Source: Verrucomicrobiota bacterium (GTDB lineage: Bacteria; Verrucomicrobiota; Verrucomicrobiia; Limisphaerales; JAYTXL01). From it: DNA of 60,535 nucleotides. The notes beneath the pieces are model-generated. The model was not told the origin of the DNA. It worked only from the letters and a program-made list of their open reading frames with translations, and made no database searches. Each line of letters opens with the position of its first letter. Position 1 is the stretch's first letter. The stretch is from positions 1 to 60,535 of the forward strand of contig JAYTXL010000446.1 of the NCBI GenBank assembly GCA_043742955.1, read 5' to 3'. The position numbers and the translations under genes were made by a program. Below, in pieces: positions 56,559-60,535 of this stretch.

Positions 56559-59500
56559 TGGTCGGGATGTTGCCGGATGGCGGGCTCAAACGCACGCATG
56601 ATTTGCTGGGTCAATTCCTGCCGGGCTTCGCGGGTGCCCAGCGCCATCCGGTCGTAGGTGATTTCCGGGAGTATTTGCGCCGCGTAGCCATGATCGCCGC
56701 GTGGCAAGACGACTGGAAGCAGAATGCAGCCCGAGGCGCGGGCCAGCTCCGCCGCGGCGATGGAGGCTAGGAACGGTTGGCGGAACAACTCAACTTCAAT
56801 CGCACTGCCCGCCGGCGGACGGTCCACGAGCAACGCCACCGTCGCCCCGGATTCCAAGCGCTTGATGATTTCGATGAACGCAAAGGCATCTTGTCCCACC
56901 ACCAACGTTTCAATCCCCCAGCGTGCGCGCGCGGCCTGACGCATTTCGGTAAAGCCATCCCCTGGTTCCGCCTGCGTCAACACCAGCAACTTCGCGCCGC
57001 GCGCCGCCAGCAACGGGGCGCCGAATTCCCAGTTACCCAGATGCGGAGTCACCAACAAGATCCCACGACCTTTCGTTTGAGCCGACTTAAAATGCTCCCA
57101 GCCATTGAATTCGGTGAACATCTCCGCCACAGACCGGCCCGCCTCGTAGCGCCAGAGATCGCCGAGCTTGCGGCCAAATTGGCGGAATAGTTTCCGCGTC
57201 ATCCGTTCGGCGGCGGCACGGTCACCGTTCAGGACCGGCAAAAGATTTTGCACCACGATCCCGCGGCGCCGGGAGCCAAAGCACCAATAGAGCAAGCCCA
57301 GCGCGCCGGAAATCTGCTCACACCAACCCGCCGGCAGCACGCGCGCCAGGGCGACGCCAATTTTCCAGAGGCCACCCCGGTAGAGCGCGGACGGTCGGCC
57401 GTCCGAACCAGTCGATCCTGAATGCGCCCGTGGCGGCGAGGCCACGGCCCGCCACCACATCGGCAGCAGGTAAATCGAAATTAACATGTTGAAGCCGACG
57501 CCGACCGCACAGACTTCACCCAGACTCGCCATGCCCGCGTTGCCCGAGAAATAGAGCGAACCAAAGCCGGCCATGGCGGTTCCGCCACAGAGGAGCAGCG
57601 CGCGTCCCACCGAACGATGTGCCGCCGCTTCATTGCCATGGTGTCGGCGCAAGGCGAGCTGCATGAAAATGCTATAATCGACACCGGTGCCGAGCATGAG
57701 CGGCAGCGCCATCAGGTTCATCAAATTCCACGACCAGCCGGCCATTCGCATCACCGCCAGGAGGCACAAGCCGCTGGCCAAAAGCACCGCGAGGCTCAGG
57801 AGAATTTCCGTCGGGCGCCGGAAAGCGAGCCAGAGGGAAAGCAAAACCAGAAACACCATCGGCAACACCACCCGCCACAAGTTGGCCTGAACTCGTTCGA
57901 GAATCGCGTCGCCCAGCAAGTCCCAGCCGGACACCAAAAATCCGGCGCGCGACAAATCGCCGGACCAGCGCGCGATGGTTTGCTGCGTCACCGGGGCGTT
58001 GGTGCCGGGATAAACAAAGCCGACCGCGAACAACTCGCCGCGCGGACGTGCCACCATCTTTTCCAGAATCCACTGGCTCATTTGGTTCGTGGGCCAATAG
58101 GTGTTCGTGGAGGCGAGGGCGTTTTCCCAGGCATCGAGCAGCCCCTGGGTGAGGCCGAACGCGTTGGTGTTGAATCCGCCTTGCTGCAAATCCACCAGGA
58201 AAGTTGAGCGTTGCTGGGTGAGTTGCCGGGCGGTGGCGCGGTTGGCGGTTTGAAAATCGGGCCGGGGCCAGAGCGCGGAAGGCAATGTGAAACCGGCAAT
58301 CCATTGGTGGGAGCGGGCGTTTTCGAGGATCTCGGCAGCCTGGTCCAGGCGGCGGGCAATCTCGGTTTCGTTGCTCCCCCGCGTGACCAGCCACAGGGGT
58401 TCGCGGTTTTGCGTGAGCTGCAATTTAATTTCATCCAGCGCGGCGTACGCCAGGCTGCCACGCGGCCGCAGTGCATTGGGCGACCGGTCGAGGCGCGGCG
58501 CTCCCTGGCAAAGGAGCAGCAGGCCGGCGAGGCCGAACGACAGGATCGAAATCATGGAAATTATCCTGCGGCGGCGGGCGTTCTTTGTTTCCGCAGCCGG
58601 CTCGACCGGTTCTTCCGGGATGGATCGCGGCCAGGTTCCGGCGGCGATCTGTTCTTGCCGGCGTTTCAGTCGGTCGCGAAACAGCGGTGGCAAAAACGCG
58701 AACAACATTACGAACGCAGACAGCGCCACCCCCAACGCCACCAGCGATCCCAGCTGGGCCAAGCCCGGCAGGCCGGCCAGATTGAGCACGAGAAAGGCGC
58801 TGATGGTGGTCACTGCCGCCCAAAAAATGCTGGGACCAATCGCCCCGCGAATTTCTGGAATGATCGCTTCGGGCGAGGCCAACGCCTCCTGATAATGCAC
58901 CACGCCATAATCCACTGCCAGGCCGAGCAGGATCGCGGCGAAACCAAGGCTCACCACATTGATCGAGTCGAAGACCAGCGCCCCGAGGGCCAGCGTGCCG
59001 GCCAGCACCAGCGCCAGCAGGGTCAACAGCCAAAGCATCGGTTTCCAACGACGATGCGCCAGCCAAAACAACACCGCGATGACCGCGGCGGTAAAAACCA
59101 CCGACTCGATCATGTCCCGTTCCATCCCCCCGGCAATTTCCGCGACAAAGAGCGGTCGACCCGTGTAATGAATTGCAATGGCGCGATGATCGCCACCCCA
59201 GCGATCCACGACGCCCTTCACCTCGCTCAACCACGCGACACATTCGCGGTAGCTCGACAGATCCGTCGCGGCTTGCACGAAAACAATCCGAAACCGCCCG
59301 TCCGCCGAGGCGAACAACTCCTGTCCCTGCCCCAGCGCCGGCGCTCCGGTGGCCGCCGAGTCGGGCAAACGCGTCAGGCCAAAGGGATCATAACTGAGAC
59401 GGGCGATGTCGGCCGGCGACATCGACGTGGTGAGTTGTTCGCGGGTGGACGCGAGGGTGGCCGGGAGATTCGCCGGGGCCAGGCGGTTGGTCAGTGCCCC

Positions 59501-59854
59501 AAAAACGGACGGGGGCTGATTCAGCCAGAGGTGCGCGATCAGTTCGGCGGCCTGACCGGGATGTTCGAGCCAAGGCGGCTGCCAGGTGACTTGTTTGATC
59601 AGCGACTTTCGCTCTGCCAAAGCCAGGGCAAGTTCGCGCGCCGCAGCCTCCGTGGTCTCCGCGTCTGGCCCGCGCACCGTGAGAATCAATTCGCCAGCGT
59701 TGGCGAAATTCTGTTGATAGAGTTTCAATCCCTGCACGGCGGGCACATCGCCGGGCAAAAGATTCAACACCTCGACGTCGAAACGAAGCCTTGCCAGTCC
59801 GGCAATCAGCGGCAGCAGCAACAACAGCCAGAGCCAGCGGCGGGAGAATCTCAT
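56513..59854 (-). CDS. Fusion protein: MMPL/RND-type exporter plus C-terminal LpxL/HtrB-family lipid acyltransferase
   Basis: The first ~800 aa have two 6-TM bundles with large periplasmic loops (predicted-exporter/MMPL architecture). The last ~300 aa carry LVTPHLGNWEFG (the HX4D/E acyltransferase motif) and LVDRPP. Confidence 0.8.
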   Translation of the reverse strand: MRFSRRWLWLLLLLPLIAGLARLRFDVEVLNLLPGDVPAVQGLKLYQQNFANAGELILTVRGPDAETTEAAARELALALAERKSLIKQVTWQPPWLEHPGQAAELIAHLWLNQPPSVFGALTNRLAPANLPATLASTREQLTTSMSPADIARLSYDPFGLTRLPDSAATGAPALGQGQELFASADGRFRIVFVQAATDLSSYRECVAWLSEVKGVVDRWGGDHRAIAIHYTGRPLFVAEIAGGMERDMIESVVFTAAVIAVLFWLAHRRWKPMLWLLTLLALVLAGTLALGALVFDSINVVSLGFAAILLGLAVDYGVVHYQEALASPEAIIPEIRGAIGPSIFWAAVTTISAFLVLNLAGLPGLAQLGSLVALGVALSAFVMLFAFLPPLFRDRLKRRQEQIAAGTWPRSIPEEPVEPAAETKNARRRRIISMISILSFGLAGLLLLCQGAPRLDRSPNALRPRGSLAYAALDEIKLQLTQNREPLWLVTRGSNETEIARRLDQAAEILENARSHQWIAGFTLPSALWPRPDFQTANRATARQLTQQRSTFLVDLQQGGFNTNAFGLTQGLLDAWENALASTNTYWPTNQMSQWILEKMVARPRGELFAVGFVYPGTNAPVTQQTIARWSGDLSRAGFLVSGWDLLGDAILERVQANLWRVVLPMVFLVLLSLWLAFRRPTEILLSLAVLLASGLCLLAVMRMAGWSWNLMNLMALPLMLGTGVDYSIFMQLALRRHHGNEAAAHRSVGRALLLCGGTAMAGFGSLYFSGNAGMASLGEVCAVGVGFNMLISIYLLPMWWRAVASPPRAHSGSTGSDGRPSALYRGGLWKIGVALARVLPAGWCEQISGALGLLYWCFGSRRRGIVVQNLLPVLNGDRAAAERMTRKLFRQFGRKLGDLWRYEAGRSVAEMFTEFNGWEHFKSAQTKGRGILLVTPHLGNWEFGAPLLAARGAKLLVLTQAEPGDGFTEMRQAARARWGIETLVVGQDAFAFIEIIKRLESGATVALLVDRPPAGSAIEVELFRQPFLASIAAAELARASGCILLPVVLPRGDHGYAAQILPEITYDRMALGTREARQELTQQIMRAFEPAIRQHPDQWYHFVPIWPKSPQP

Positions 59855-60408
59855 GGCGCGAAATAGCCCGCGATCACCTCACCAGAAGCCGCGTTCTCCA
59901 ATCGCCACGAGCCATCCGCCTGCTTTTGCCAAGACCAGCCTGGCGTCGGGGTTGCGCCGGAAACGGCGTGCGCGAGTTGCAGCCAGCCCAGTCGCGCGGG
60001 CGGCCGGCCCGGGCCGCTGAACGCGCGGTTTTGAGGCACGAATTGGATTTGCCAGTGATTTGATGAGACTTGCGCGACGACGAGCGGGATCGGTGATTTT
60101 GTGAACTGAAGCCAGACCCGGCCATCAGGGTGGGTCGCAAGCTGCAACTCGCCGGCAATTTCCGACGCCCGTTTTCCACTCCGCCAAACCGCCTGGCCTT
60201 CGCGCAATTTCCAGCCCGGCTCGGAAAGATTCACCGGCGGTAATGGCGCGGTGCGACAGCCAGCGAGGAACAGCACCAAAATTGAACCGCCAAGGCACCA
60301 AGACAAATAGCGAAGGCCAATAGATGGATTCTTCCCAATCTGAGTTTCCGGAGAAACCAAGAACTGGTCTGCCTTTGTGTCTTCGTGCCTGGGTGGTTTG
60401 AAATTCAT
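59851..60408 (-). CDS. Lipoprotein, possibly DUF3261/LolB-like
   Basis: Lipobox LFLAGC in ...YLSWCLGGSILVLFLAGCRTAP. Its stop overlaps the MMPL start (ATGA). ATG 60408 is preferred over TTG 60417. Confidence 0.5.
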   Translation of the reverse strand: MNFKPPRHEDTKADQFLVSPETQIGKNPSIGLRYLSWCLGGSILVLFLAGCRTAPLPPVNLSEPGWKLREGQAVWRSGKRASEIAGELQLATHPDGRVWLQFTKSPIPLVVAQVSSNHWQIQFVPQNRAFSGPGRPPARLGWLQLAHAVSGATPTPGWSWQKQADGSWRLENAASGEVIAGYFAP

Positions 60409-60409
60409 C

Positions 60410-60535
60410 CTACTCAAACGAGATTCGTGGCACGAGCGGCCAGCGGGCTTGCATTTTTACGATCCAGAAAAAGAGCCGCATCCGCCAACGCATCGGCCAG
60501 CCGCCGTCAAGTTCGCCCGCCAGCACGGCGTTCAC
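60410..60535 (-). CDS. 3' end of an unidentified gene continuing beyond the window
   Basis: Open frame from the window edge to TAG at 60410-60412 (…RMRLFFWIVKMQARWPLVPRISFE). It lies 1 nt upstream of the next gene start. Confidence 0.3.
   Translation of the reverse strand: MNAVLAGELDGGWPMRWRMRLFFWIVKMQARWPLVPRISFE

Overview
This is a GC-rich bacterial chromosomal segment. The protein families and the abundant palindromic and decamer repeat families suggest a PVC-superphylum (Verrucomicrobiota-like) genome. Those families include a Tat-signal DUF6605-like protein, a membrane-bound-dehydrogenase/HEAT protein, a secreted-protein remnant ending in RFYR, and a PAP2-GT39 fusion. The taxonomic guess is inference only. 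I call about 50 CDS, one tRNA-Pro(GGG), two pseudogenes and several repeat elements. I recognised no rRNA, CRISPR array, integrase or transposase.

Positions 1-39.9 kb are mostly housekeeping: tatD, recG, proB, mazG, serS, glgA, lepA-lepB, apt, a sigma-70, htpX, sppA, several peptidases, and a LysR regulator plus hybrid kinase. The 2.1 kb after the tRNA (17.8-20.0 kb) is a small decayed accessory islet. It holds an intact GNAT/DUF1778 toxin-antitoxin pair, repeat elements and a frameshifted secreted-protein gene.

Positions 39.9-44.9 kb and 55.3-60.5 kb together look like one acyl-lipid (aryl-polyene-type) synthesis and export cluster. Its genes are a radical SAM enzyme, GT2, a methyltransferase, an AMP-ligase, a hotdog dehydratase, a LolA-like protein, an MMPL-acyltransferase fusion and lipoproteins. 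A roughly 10.4 kb defence island (44.9-55.3 kb) sits between the two halves. The island encodes an SNF2 helicase, an ABC-type ATPase, and a decayed DUF4276-like stub that reads into a duplicated mod 5' fragment and a long hairpin. These are followed by type III Mod, RhuM and Res. All are co-directional and almost gapless.

The helicase + ATPase + methylase triad sharing an apparent operon with a type III Res is my best candidate for an undescribed composite system. All functional calls rest on motif recognition by eye. No similarity search, HMM scan or RNA-folding program was run.
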